DNA of 64,000 nt. Origin: an uncultured Acidimicrobiaceae bacterium (GTDB lineage Bacteria; Actinomycetota; Acidimicrobiia; Acidimicrobiales; RAAP-2). The notes beneath the pieces were generated by a model. The model searched no databases. It was not told where the DNA came from and saw only the letters and a list, made by a program, of their open reading frames with translations. Position 1 is the first letter of the stretch, and each line of letters starts with the position of its first letter. Below are positions 25,784 through 35,410 of this stretch, piece by piece. The DNA is taken from the NCBI GenBank assembly GCA_963834405.1, contig CAWIBX010000006.1, positions 281,577 to 345,576 of the forward strand. Reading direction: 5' to 3'. Both the position numbers and the translations under genes were made by a program.

Positions 25784-27199
25784 TCAGCGGTGGATGGCCG
25801 TGCCCGAGGGGGTGTCCTCCACCGTCCAGCCCAGCGCCGTCAGCTCGTCGCGCAGGGCGTCGGCCCGGGCGAATTCCTTCGCCCGTCTCGCCTCGTCGCG
25901 TGCTGCCACCAATTGGGCAGTCACCTCGTCCACTTCGCCGGACTCCTCCCGGAGGGGCAGACCGAGTGTACCCAGTAACACCGCCACCGTGTGCGCCAGC
26001 CGGATCCCTTCCTCCTCGTTACCCGCGTCGGCGGCGCTGTGCGCCGCCGTCACCAGTTCGAAGATTCCGGCCAGCGCGCCCGGGGTGTCGAGGTCGTCGT
26101 CCATCCGGGTGCGGAACGCGGCCACCGCTTCCACGTCCACCGTGCTCGCCTCCACCCCTCCCGCGTCGCGCGCCTCCACCATGACCCCATCCGGGCTGGC
26201 CGCCAGTAGGTCGCCCTCGCCGAAGCGGCGCGCCAGGGCGTCGAGCCTCTCCAGCGCCTTCTCGGCGTCAGCCAGCGTGTCGGGTGTCACCTCAATGGGC
26301 GAGCGGTAGTGCGCCCGCAAGACAAGCAGGCGATAGGCCCGGGCGTCGTAGCGCTCCAGCAGATCGGCCAGCGTGGTGAAGTTGCCCAGCGACTTCGACA
26401 TCTTCTCCGAGCCCACCACGACCCAGCCGTTGTGCATCCAGTGGCGGGCGAACACCTTCCCGTCGGCGATCGCCTGCGCCCGCTCGTTCTCGTGGTGCGG
26501 GAACATCAGGTCTTGCCCGCCGCCGTGCAGGTCGAAACCCTCGCCCAAGAGGTCGAGCGACATGACGACGCACTCGGTGTGCCAGCCCGGGCGCCCCGGT
26601 CCCCAGGGGGAGTCCCAGCTCGGCTCGCCCTCCTTGGCCTTCTTCCACACCGCGAAGTCGAGCGGCGAGCGCTTCTCCTCGTTCGCCTCCACCCGGGCCC
26701 CCGCCCCCGCCTGCAGCGACTCGAGCGACTGGTGGGCCAGCAGCCCGTAGCCCGGGACCATGTCCACCTCCAGGTAGACCCCGTCACTCGTCTCGTAGGC
26801 CACGCCCTTGTCCACGAGCTCCTTCACCAGCTCGACCATGTCCGCGATGTACTCGGTGGCGTGGGGCACCTCGTCGGGCCGGAGATCCCCCAGCGCCCCC
26901 ATGTCCTCCCACCAGCGCGCCTCGAACTCGGCCGCCACGTCCGGCTCGGTGCGCCCGAGCGTGTTGGCCCGCTGAATGATGTTGTCGTCGACGTCGGTCA
27001 CGTTGGCGACGTGGTGGACCCGCAGGCCGGTGAAGCTCAGGTACCGCCGCAGGACGTCGAAGGTCAGGTTGGCCCGGCCGTGCCCGATGTGGGGCAGGTC
27101 GTAGACCGTCGGGCCGCACACGTACATCGACACCTCGCCCTCGGTGCGCAGCTCCAGGGGCCGCACGGTGCCGCTCGCGGTGTCGTACAGGTGCAGCAT
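25784..27199 (-). CDS. cysS: Cysteine--tRNA ligase
   Basis: MYVCGPTVYDLPHIGHGR (HIGH) and KMSKSLGN. Confidence 0.95.
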   Translation of the reverse strand: MLHLYDTASGTVRPLELRTEGEVSMYVCGPTVYDLPHIGHGRANLTFDVLRRYLSFTGLRVHHVANVTDVDDNIIQRANTLGRTEPDVAAEFEARWWEDMGALGDLRPDEVPHATEYIADMVELVKELVDKGVAYETSDGVYLEVDMVPGYGLLAHQSLESLQAGAGARVEANEEKRSPLDFAVWKKAKEGEPSWDSPWGPGRPGWHTECVVMSLDLLGEGFDLHGGGQDLMFPHHENERAQAIADGKVFARHWMHNGWVVVGSEKMSKSLGNFTTLADLLERYDARAYRLLVLRAHYRSPIEVTPDTLADAEKALERLDALARRFGEGDLLAASPDGVMVEARDAGGVEASTVDVEAVAAFRTRMDDDLDTPGALAGIFELVTAAHSAADAGNEEEGIRLAHTVAVLLGTLGLPLREESGEVDEVTAQLVAARDEARRAKEFARADALRDELTALGWTVEDTPSGTAIHR

Positions 27200-27219
27200 C
27201 CAGGTACGGTAACCCGATC

Positions 27220-29775
27220 ATGTCGACGACCGTGACCGGCGCGCCCCGCGTGCCCGAGAAGCCGACGCTGGACGGCCTGGAGGCCCGTTGGGCCGTTGTC
27301 TGGGAGGACGACGGCACCTACCGCTTCCGTCCCGGCGCCACCCGGGCGGAGGTGTTCTCCATCGACACCCCGCCGCCGACCGTCTCGGGCTCGCTGCACA
27401 TGGGCTCGGTCTTCGGCTACGTCCAGACCGACGCCATCGTCCGCTACCGGCGCATGCGCGGCTGGAAGGTCTTCTACCCGATGGGCTGGGACGACAACGG
27501 GTTGCCGACGGAGCGGCGGGTCCAGACCTACTTCGGGGTCAGGTGCGACCCCTCGCTCCCCTACGACCCCGACTTCCGGCCCCCCGACGAGCCGGGGAAG
27601 GACGACATCGGCGTCAGCCGACCGAACTTCATCGCGCTCTGCCACGAGCTGACGGCGCGCGACGAGCAGGCCTTCGAGGAGCTGTGGCGGCGCGTCGGGC
27701 TTTCGGTCGACTGGAAGCTCGGCTACGCCACCATTGACGACCGCGCCCGCCGCACGAGCCAGCGCATGTTCCTCCACAACCTGGCTCGGGGCGAGGCCTA
27801 TCAGTCGGAGGCACCGACGCTGTGGGACGTCGACGACCAGACCGCCGTGGCCCAGGCGGAAATGGAGGACCGGGAGCAGCCGGGCGCCTACTACCGGCTG
27901 CGCTTCGACGACATCGACATCGAGACCACGCGCCCCGAGTTGGTGGCCGCCTGCGTCGCGCTGGTGGCGCACCCCGACGACGAACGCTACGCCGATCGCT
28001 TCGGCACCACCGTGCGCACGCCGCTCTTCCGCGTGGAGGTGCCCGTGCTGGCCCACCGCCTGGCCGAGCCCGACAAGGGAACGGGCATCGCCATGATCTG
28101 CACCTTCGGCGATGTCACCGACGTGGTCTGGTGGCGTGAGCTCGACCTGCCGACGCGCAACATCGTGACGCGCTCGGGTCGCCTCACCGAGGTGCCGCCG
28201 CCCGGCGTCCCCGACGGGGAGGCCTGGCGGGCCATCGCCGGCCGCACCGTCAAGCAGGCCCAGCGGGCCATGGTCGAGCTGCTCGCCGCGTCGGGCGACC
28301 TGGTCGGCGAGCCCCGCGCCATCACCCACCCTGTCAAGTTCTACGAGCGCGGAGCGCGACCGCTCGAGATCGTCACCAGCCGGCAGTGGTTCATCCGCAA
28401 CGGCGGGCGGGACGAGACGCTCCGCCGCGAGCTGCTGGAGCAGGCGGGCGAGCTCGATTGGCACCCGCCCTACATGAGGGTGCGCTACGACGACTGGGTC
28501 AATGGCCTCAACGGCGACTGGTTGATCAGCCGGCAGCGCTTCTTCGGCGTGCCGGTCCCCCTCTGGTACCCGGTCGGCGCCGACGGCGAGCCCGACCACA
28601 CCGCGCCCATCGTGCCCGACGAGTCGCTCCTCCCGGTCGACCCGACCACCGACGTGCCCGACGGGTTCGCGCCCGAGCAGCGCGGCGTCCCCGGCGGCTT
28701 CGTCGGCGACCCCGACGTCATGGACACCTGGGCCACCTCGTCGGTCACGCCCCAGATCGCGTGCCGGTGGGTGGACGACCCCGAGCTGTTCGCGGCGACG
28801 TTCCCGATGGACCTGCGTCCCCAGGGGCCCGAGATCATCCGGACCTGGCTGTTCTCGACGCTGTTGCGTTCGCACCAGGAGCACCACGTCTTGCCCTGGA
28901 AGCACACGACCATCAACGGCTGGATCCTCGACCCCGACCGCAAGAAGATGTCCAAGTCGCGGGGCAACGTCGTGACGCCGATGGCGCTGCTCGAGGAGTA
29001 CGGCTCCGACGCCGTGCGTTACTGGGCCTGCAACGGCCGCCCCGGCACCGACACCGCCCTGGACATCGGGGTCATGAAGATCGGGCGCCGTCTCGCCATC
29101 AAGATGCTGAACGCGTCCAAGTTCGCGCTGGGCCGGCTCGGGGACGGCCCGGTCCCGGGACTCTACTCGGTGCACGAGGCGCTCGACACCGCGCTGCTGG
29201 CGCAGCTGGCCCGGCTGGTCCAGACGGCGACGGCGGCCCACGAGGGCTTCGACTACGCACGGGCGCTCGAGCTGACCGAGGGCTTCTTCTGGTCGTTCTG
29301 CGACGACTACGTCGAGCTGGTGAAGACCCGCGCCTACGGCGAGGGCTCGGCGGCCGGGGCGGACTCCGCCCGCGCCACGCTGGCCATCGCCCTTTCCGCG
29401 CTGCAGCGGCTCTTCGCGCCGTTCTTGCCCTTCGTGACAGAGGAGGTCTGGAGCTGGTGGCGGCAGGGCTCGGTGCACACGGCCCCCTGGCCCACTGTTG
29501 ACGAGGTCGGGCCGCACGCCGGTGCCGAGCCCGGCGTGCTCGACGTGGCCGCGAAGGTGCTCGGCGCCATCCGGCGCGAGAAGACCGCACAGAAGCGCTC
29601 CATGCGCGCCCGGGTGGCGACCCTCACGGTGACCGCACCGCGGGCTCTGCTTCTCGACGTCGAGGCGGCACGCGCCGACATCGTGGACGCGGGCGGCGTG
29701 GACGAGTTCGTGACGCAGGAGGACGAGGAAGCGGAGGACCTCCGTGTCGACGTCGAGCTGGCGGACGGGGCCTGA
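27220..29775 (+). CDS. valS: Valine--tRNA ligase (actinobacterial/archaeal-type, 851 aa)
   Basis: PPPTVSGSLHMGSVFGY (HIGH-like), GWDDNGLPTE, KMSKSRGNVV. Confidence 0.95.
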   Translation: MSTTVTGAPRVPEKPTLDGLEARWAVVWEDDGTYRFRPGATRAEVFSIDTPPPTVSGSLHMGSVFGYVQTDAIVRYRRMRGWKVFYPMGWDDNGLPTERRVQTYFGVRCDPSLPYDPDFRPPDEPGKDDIGVSRPNFIALCHELTARDEQAFEELWRRVGLSVDWKLGYATIDDRARRTSQRMFLHNLARGEAYQSEAPTLWDVDDQTAVAQAEMEDREQPGAYYRLRFDDIDIETTRPELVAACVALVAHPDDERYADRFGTTVRTPLFRVEVPVLAHRLAEPDKGTGIAMICTFGDVTDVVWWRELDLPTRNIVTRSGRLTEVPPPGVPDGEAWRAIAGRTVKQAQRAMVELLAASGDLVGEPRAITHPVKFYERGARPLEIVTSRQWFIRNGGRDETLRRELLEQAGELDWHPPYMRVRYDDWVNGLNGDWLISRQRFFGVPVPLWYPVGADGEPDHTAPIVPDESLLPVDPTTDVPDGFAPEQRGVPGGFVGDPDVMDTWATSSVTPQIACRWVDDPELFAATFPMDLRPQGPEIIRTWLFSTLLRSHQEHHVLPWKHTTINGWILDPDRKKMSKSRGNVVTPMALLEEYGSDAVRYWACNGRPGTDTALDIGVMKIGRRLAIKMLNASKFALGRLGDGPVPGLYSVHEALDTALLAQLARLVQTATAAHEGFDYARALELTEGFFWSFCDDYVELVKTRAYGEGSAAGADSARATLAIALSALQRLFAPFLPFVTEEVWSWWRQGSVHTAPWPTVDEVGPHAGAEPGVLDVAAKVLGAIRREKTAQKRSMRARVATLTVTAPRALLLDVEAARADIVDAGGVDEFVTQEDEEAEDLRVDVELADGA

Positions 29776-29790
29776 CCCCGCGCCCGTGTC

Positions 29791-30357
29791 GTGACCGCGA
29801 TCCCGGCCCCGGCGGATCCACTGACCGACGGCGTGGTGACGATGCGCCGCTTCACGCTCGACGACGTGCCCGCGGTGACGAAGGCCTGTCAGGACCCGGA
29901 GATCCCGCGCTGGACGGCCGGTATCCCCGAGCCCTACGAAGAGCACCACGCCCGGGGATGGATCGGTCTCCACGACCGCTTTTGGAACGAAGAGGGGCGT
30001 GCGACGTTCGCTGTCTGCGACACCTCGGACGGACGGCTTCTGGGGTGCATGACCCTGGGCGAGATGGACTTCACGGCCGGCACCGCGAACGCCGGCTACT
30101 GGGCCGCACCGTGGGCGCGCAACCGTGGCGCCACGACCCGCGCTCTGGCGTTGATCTGCCGGTGGGGCTTCGATGTGCTCGGTCTCCGGGTGGTCAGCCT
30201 GATGACGCTCCACGGCAACGTCGCCTCCGAGCGGGTGGCGCAGAAGGCAGGCTTCGTCCTGGTCGGAACCGTCGAGGATCACAAACCGGCGCGGGCGCTC
30301 GATCCCGCGGCGCGGTACACGGTGAAGGAGTGGGTCCTCGAAAAGGGCACACGGTAG
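29791..30357 (+). CDS. GNAT N-acetyltransferase (RimJ/RimL-like)
   Basis: YWAAPWARNRGATTRALALICRWGF and NVASERVAQKAGF. Confidence 0.8.
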   Translation: MTAIPAPADPLTDGVVTMRRFTLDDVPAVTKACQDPEIPRWTAGIPEPYEEHHARGWIGLHDRFWNEEGRATFAVCDTSDGRLLGCMTLGEMDFTAGTANAGYWAAPWARNRGATTRALALICRWGFDVLGLRVVSLMTLHGNVASERVAQKAGFVLVGTVEDHKPARALDPAARYTVKEWVLEKGTR

Positions 30358-30417
30358 GAAGCGCAATGGTGAACTCGACGGGCCCGACTCCGCTCCGAAC
30401 CTGAAGGTACTGCTGCG

Positions 30418-31098
30418 TCAGGCGCGCGAGCTCAGGATCAGGAGGAAGGTGGGCTCGGACGCCGTCGGTTCGACGATGCGTTCGATCCGGAAGCCCGAGC
30501 CGACGAGCGTGTTGAAAATGGTCGAGAGCGTCCGGTGCGACGAGCCCACGCGAACGCGGACGCCCTGGCGGTTGTGCTCCGACGACGTCCACCAGCCCTC
30601 GTCGAAGTAGGTGCGGTGCGGAGGCCAACTGGACAAACCCGCTTCGTTGCCGGGAAAGCAGGGGTGCACCATGGAGAGGACGAACCAGCCGCCGGGCCGG
30701 ACCGTGTCTCGGATCGCACCGACGGTGGCGGGGAAGTCGTCGATGTCCATGACGGCCATTTCGCAGACCGCACCGTCGAACGGCTCGCCGTCCCACCATG
30801 TCTCGACGTTGCCGACATCGGTCACGTGGTAGCGGATGCCGAGCGCGTCGTCGGCTTCTATGCGTCGCGCCGATTCGACCATTTCGGTGGACAGGTCGAC
30901 ACCGACGACCCGGGCGCCTCGGCGGGCCAGTGCGCGGGAGGCGCGTCCGTGGCCGCACGCAACGTCGAGGACAGAGACGCCTCGAAGATCCGGCGGCAGC
31001 AGGTCGCCGGCGTCTTCGGCGATAAGCCCGTCGCCGTGTTCGCCCACCCACGCCTGGTACCAGTCGGCGATGCCGTCATATCGCGCGGACGTCGACAC
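30418..31098 (-). CDS. Class I SAM-dependent methyltransferase
   Basis: Motif I VLDVACGHGRASRALARRGARVVGVDLS. Confidence 0.85.
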   Translation of the reverse strand: MSTSARYDGIADWYQAWVGEHGDGLIAEDAGDLLPPDLRGVSVLDVACGHGRASRALARRGARVVGVDLSTEMVESARRIEADDALGIRYHVTDVGNVETWWDGEPFDGAVCEMAVMDIDDFPATVGAIRDTVRPGGWFVLSMVHPCFPGNEAGLSSWPPHRTYFDEGWWTSSEHNRQGVRVRVGSSHRTLSTIFNTLVGSGFRIERIVEPTASEPTFLLILSSRA

Positions 31099-31161
31099 GA
31101 CACAATCATGCCCGACGTTCCCACACCGCCTGAACGCAGACGCGATGACGGGCGCGCGTCT

Positions 31162-31509
31162 CTACGGCAATCCTGCGATCATGTCGATGACGTCCTCGCG
31201 TCGGTACCCGTTGTGCCGGGCGAACTCCACCAGCTCGAGGGCACGGCTGAGGACAGCGCTCCGTTCGGCGGTGCCGGCGACGGTGACGCCCCGACCGCGC
31301 CGGAATTCCAACAAGCCTTCGTCGCGCAGGAGCCGCAGCGCGCGTAGGACCGTGTTGGTGTTGACATCGAGGACGGCAGCCAGGTCCTTGGCCGGCGGCA
31401 GCCGGTCGCCCGGGCCAGCTTCGCCGTCGGCGATGGCGCGTCGGATCTCGGCCGCCACCTGGTCGTGCAGAGCGACGTCCTCGGCCCGGTCGACCTTGAC
31501 TCGCAACAT
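31162..31509 (-). CDS. Short GntR-family (winged-helix only) transcriptional regulator
   Basis: LPPAKDLAAVLDVNTNTVLRALRLLRDEGLLEFRRGRGVTV. 115 aa from the ATG at 31509. Confidence 0.8.
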   Translation of the reverse strand: MLRVKVDRAEDVALHDQVAAEIRRAIADGEAGPGDRLPPAKDLAAVLDVNTNTVLRALRLLRDEGLLEFRRGRGVTVAGTAERSAVLSRALELVEFARHNGYRREDVIDMIAGLP

Positions 31510-31530
31510 AGTGCTAGTAATAGTAGCATC

Positions 31531-32358
31531 ATGACCTTGGAGACAACCGGACGAACGCAGACGCCGACCGAGGTGCTGATCCCCGAGGCGCGCGCCCATC
31601 AACGGCGGCGTTATGTGCGCTCCGGTGTGGCCCTCGGTTTTTGTGCGCTCCTGGCGGCGGCTCTGATCGCGGCCGCGGTGGTGCTCTTCGGCCCCATGGC
31701 CGGGGGCAAGACCCAGGGCAGTCCTCCGGCCGCACTCGTCGCAAAGTCCGCGCCCACCGCGTACTTCCGCCCGGTTCTGTGTACGGCTCCACGCTTCAAC
31801 CCAGCCGCGGGCGTCGCGGCGACTGCGGGTTCGCCCTCGTGCAGCCAGGTTTCGGCACTGACGACGAAGAGCCTGAACGTCCAGCCCATCGTGTCGTCGC
31901 CTTCGGGCTTCACGGAGAACAACGTGCCGACCGACTCCGCCCTGGCGGGAGTCCCCTCGACGAAGCCTTCCGCCGATAAAGCCTCTGCGACGGTGCTGCT
32001 TCCCGCGCTTACAGTGAAGGGCCTCCCTGGGAACGGTGCCGAGCGCTATGTGTTGGGACCGGCGGAGATGTCCAGCAGCTCCATCAAGTCCGCCGTGGCC
32101 AAGAGGACGCCACAGACGGGGCAGTGGGTCGTCGACTACACGACGACCACTCGAGGTGCGGCGCTGTGGGACAAGGTGGCCTACCAGAACTTCCATCTCC
32201 TGCTGGCGGTCGACGTGGGCGGCGTCGTGTACTCGGCACCGATCATCCAGCCCACCCAGACGTCCTTCTCGAGCTTCGAAGGACGGGGCGAGATCAGCGG
32301 CAATCTCACCAAAGCGGACGCGCAGCATCTGGCGGGTGCGTTGAGCGACAGGAAATAG
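31531..32358 (+). CDS. Membrane-anchored extracytoplasmic protein with SecD/SecF P1-head-like domain
   Basis: N-terminal anchor VALGFCALLAAALIAAAVVLF. The C-terminal LLLAVDVGGVVYSAPIIQPTQ...GRGEISGNLTKADAQHLAGAL resembles the SecD periplasmic head pattern (LAIVLDG.V.SAP.I...G.IsG.ft..eA..LA). Confidence 0.6.
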   Translation: MTLETTGRTQTPTEVLIPEARAHQRRRYVRSGVALGFCALLAAALIAAAVVLFGPMAGGKTQGSPPAALVAKSAPTAYFRPVLCTAPRFNPAAGVAATAGSPSCSQVSALTTKSLNVQPIVSSPSGFTENNVPTDSALAGVPSTKPSADKASATVLLPALTVKGLPGNGAERYVLGPAEMSSSSIKSAVAKRTPQTGQWVVDYTTTTRGAALWDKVAYQNFHLLLAVDVGGVVYSAPIIQPTQTSFSSFEGRGEISGNLTKADAQHLAGALSDRK

Positions 32359-32415
32359 CCCGCCCCGACCGCCCTCACCGCGCCGGGCCGGCGGCGCCAG
32401 GGGTTGAGCGTTCGA

Positions 32416-33708
32416 TCAGGCCGTGCTCGCGCTCCGGCCGGTGTGCCGGTCGGTGTCCCGGTCTGTGTGCTCGCTCGCGGCGCGGGCCGCTGCGGCCCGG
32501 GCGCCCTCGAGGAAGTCGCCGACGGCCGAAGTGGTGGCCTGGCACCGCAGCGAGGCCAGCACATCGAAGGCGTGCTGGGCCAGGGGCAGTTCCGCGTAGG
32601 CCACCGGCTGCGCCGAAACCGCGCGCAGGCGCCGGACGAACGCGCGCGCGGTCTCGACCGGAACCAGGGTGTCGTTGGCGCCCTGGAGCACGAAGAACGG
32701 GGGCGCGTCAGGCCGGACCCGGAAGGTGGGCGACGCGTCGCGGAAGACCTCCGGGTGCTCTGACTCCTTGACCTTCATGACGGACTTCTCGAGCATCTCG
32801 ACCAGGCCGTTGCCGAAGCGGGACGCTTCGGGCGAGCTGGTCAGGTCCATGACGCCGTAGAAGGGGACGCAGGCCTGCACCGACGTGTCGGCGTCCTCGA
32901 ATCCCGGCTGCCAGGCCGCGTCCCCCGCGCTCAGTGCGGCCAGGGCGCAGAGGTGGCCGCCCGCCGATCCCCCGCTGACGGCGACGAAGGAGGGGTCGCC
33001 GCCGTACTCGGCGATGTGGGCCTTGACCCAGGCCAGGGCCCGCTTGACGTCGACGATGTGGTCGGGCCACGTGGCTTGGGGGGACAGCCGGTAGTTGATG
33101 GCCACGCAGACCCAGCCGCGTGCGACGAGCTCGAACATCATGGGCTTGCCCTGCTCGCGCTTGTCGCCGATCACCCAGGCGCCGCCGTGGACGTACACCA
33201 TGACGGGCGCGGCGGTGGGCGGCGCCAGGCGGGAGCGGTAGACGTCGAGGCGGTGCCGCTTCAGGCCGTCGCCCCAGTAGTCGATGTTGCAGTTCGCCTC
33301 GACCGCACGGGACTTGAGCGGGAAGGCACGGGTCACGCGCCACCAGCGTCCCCACACCGGCGGCGTCGGCACGTCGGGCACGGGGAAGGCGGCGCTGCGG
33401 ACCTCGTCGAGCGACCGAGCGACGACGTCCTCGGCCCGGCGGCCCGCCACGCCCAGTCCGATGAGCCCGACCCAGCCGACGATGGCCAGCGCCAGCCCGA
33501 GCCAGCCCGCCCAGCCGTGGAGTGCACCGAAGATGATGAAGAGCACCGTGGCGATCATCTGCCAGACGATGTTCTGGAGGGCGAGCTCACCCGTGATCCA
33601 CCCCAGCGAGAAGCTGAGCACGCTGAACGGTTCCCGCCGGATGGGACGGTAGGCGAGCACAACGGCGGTGACCCCAACCACAGTCACCGCGAGAAAGGCA
33701 TAGGGCAC
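32416..33708 (-). CDS. Membrane-anchored alpha/beta hydrolase (esterase/lipase, HSL-like)
   Basis: VYVHGGAWVIGDK oxyanion motif and SGGSAGGHL nucleophile elbow. Three N-terminal TM helices. GTG at 33708. Confidence 0.8.
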   Translation of the reverse strand: MPYAFLAVTVVGVTAVVLAYRPIRREPFSVLSFSLGWITGELALQNIVWQMIATVLFIIFGALHGWAGWLGLALAIVGWVGLIGLGVAGRRAEDVVARSLDEVRSAAFPVPDVPTPPVWGRWWRVTRAFPLKSRAVEANCNIDYWGDGLKRHRLDVYRSRLAPPTAAPVMVYVHGGAWVIGDKREQGKPMMFELVARGWVCVAINYRLSPQATWPDHIVDVKRALAWVKAHIAEYGGDPSFVAVSGGSAGGHLCALAALSAGDAAWQPGFEDADTSVQACVPFYGVMDLTSSPEASRFGNGLVEMLEKSVMKVKESEHPEVFRDASPTFRVRPDAPPFFVLQGANDTLVPVETARAFVRRLRAVSAQPVAYAELPLAQHAFDVLASLRCQATTSAVGDFLEGARAAAARAASEHTDRDTDRHTGRSASTA

Positions 33709-33880
33709 GCCGCCATTTTCGCCCGAACCGGCCCTCCGGTGCAGATCCCGCCGTGCGGCCGCCTTTCGCGTGCCCGGCGGACGCCCCTGGTCAGGGGACT
33801 CGCCGGGCCCCCGGTGCCAGTTGCCGCCAGGCCGGCCCCGGTGCGAGGTTATGCATGGAAGCACCGACCAAGGAGAGGCG

Positions 33881-35410
33881 ATGACCCCCGAACGGCTGAG
33901 CGGCCTCGATGCCAGCTTCCTCTACATGGAGACGCCGACGCTGCACATGCACGTGGCGATGACCGCCGTGTTCGACCCCTCCACGGTCCCGGGCGGGTAC
34001 TCGTTCCGCCGGGTCCGCCAGCTGATCAACGACCGCATCCCGCTCGCCCCGGTCTTCCAGCGGCGCCTGGTGGAGGTGCCGCTGCGGCTCGGGCACCCGG
34101 TCTGGGTGGACGACCCGGAGTTCGACATCGACAACCATCTGCGGCGCGCCGCCCTGCCCTCGCCGGGCGGGATGCGCGAGCTGGGCGACTTCGCCGCGGA
34201 CGTGATCAGCCGGCAACTCCACCGCGACCGACCGCTGTGGGAGATGTGGATCGTCGAGGGCGTCGAGGACGGGAAGATCGCGCTGGTGACCAAGATGCAT
34301 CACAGCACGATCGACGGTGTGTCCGGGGCGGAGCTCCTGGGCGTGCTCTTCGACCTGGAGCCGGACCCGCCCGAGGCGGCGGTCCGCGCGGAACGCCAGC
34401 TCGACTCGCGCATCCCCTCGGCGCCGGAGCTGGTGTCGCAGGCGCTCATGGCCAGCGCCGTGCGGCCATTCGGCATCACCCGAATGGCCATGCGGACCAC
34501 CCGGAACATCTTCGACGTGAGCCGCATCCGCAAGGGGCCATCCGGCAAGGGGGGGCTGCCGCTGACCGCGCCGCGCACCTCCATCAACGTGGCGATACAC
34601 GCCCGGAGGCGCGTGGCCTTCGCCGCGGCGAGCCTGGCCGACGCCAAGGCACTGAAGAACAAGATGGGGACGACCGTCAACGACGTCGTGCTCGCCATGG
34701 TCACCGGCGCGCTGCGGACCTACCTGCAAGCGGGCGACGAGCTGCCCGACATCCCGCTCGTGTCGGTGGTGCCCGTGTCCGTCACCCCCGACGTCGCCGA
34801 GCTGAAGGGGTCCAACAAGGTATCGAGCATGTTCGTCCAACTCCCTGCGCAGGTGGACGACCCGCTCGAGCGCCTGGCGCTCATTCACGAGGGGACGAAG
34901 GGCGCCAAGGAAGAGCACAAGGCCTTGGGCGCGACGATGCTGCAGAACTGGGCAGAGCACGCGACGCCCAACGTCTTCGCTGCCGCGGCCCGCTTGTACA
35001 CCGGGATGAAGCTGGCCGACCGCCACCGTCCCGTCGCCAACCTCGTCGTCTCCAACGTCCCGGGCCCGGACTTCCCGCTGTACCTGGGGGGAAGCCAGCT
35101 CTTGGGGATGTTCCCGCTCGGGCCGGTGATGGACGGCATGGGCCTCAACATCACGATCATGAGCTACATGGGCGTCCTGTACTGGGGCCTGGCCTCGGAC
35201 GCCCGGGCCGTGCCGCGCCTGTGGGACATTGCAGCGGCCATCCCCCACGCGCTGACCGAGCTCATGGAGGCGGCGGGCCTGGAGTCCCAGCCCTTCGACG
35301 TCCCCATCCACCTGGGCCCCGGCATGCCTCCCACGGCGCGCTGGATCCGCTCGGCGGCGGCCGTGGAGGCGGACACCGCGGCCGACGCGGCGGATAGCGT
35401 GACTGCATGA
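33881..35410 (+). CDS. Wax ester synthase/diacylglycerol acyltransferase (WS/DGAT)
   Basis: Active-site HHSTIDGVSG. N-terminal LSGLDASFLYMETP. AAGGAGAGG RBS just before the ATG at 33881. Confidence 0.9.
   Translation: MTPERLSGLDASFLYMETPTLHMHVAMTAVFDPSTVPGGYSFRRVRQLINDRIPLAPVFQRRLVEVPLRLGHPVWVDDPEFDIDNHLRRAALPSPGGMRELGDFAADVISRQLHRDRPLWEMWIVEGVEDGKIALVTKMHHSTIDGVSGAELLGVLFDLEPDPPEAAVRAERQLDSRIPSAPELVSQALMASAVRPFGITRMAMRTTRNIFDVSRIRKGPSGKGGLPLTAPRTSINVAIHARRRVAFAAASLADAKALKNKMGTTVNDVVLAMVTGALRTYLQAGDELPDIPLVSVVPVSVTPDVAELKGSNKVSSMFVQLPAQVDDPLERLALIHEGTKGAKEEHKALGATMLQNWAEHATPNVFAAAARLYTGMKLADRHRPVANLVVSNVPGPDFPLYLGGSQLLGMFPLGPVMDGMGLNITIMSYMGVLYWGLASDARAVPRLWDIAAAIPHALTELMEAAGLESQPFDVPIHLGPGMPPTARWIRSAAAVEADTAADAADSVTA

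Noticed and set aside
27064-30366. 1100 aa ORF on the minus strand spanning the whole valS region
   Set aside because: It is antisense to an unmistakable ValRS gene. The translation is Arg/Gly/Pro/Ala-rich low-complexity sequence, typical of stop-poor antisense frames in very GC-rich DNA. No recognisable motif.
32953-35397. 814 aa plus-strand ORF, plus 33791..35311 minus-strand 506 aa ORF
   Set aside because: These are alternative or antisense frames of the esterase and WS/DGAT genes. Only the annotated frames contain catalytic motifs (HGGAW/GGSAG, HHSTIDG).
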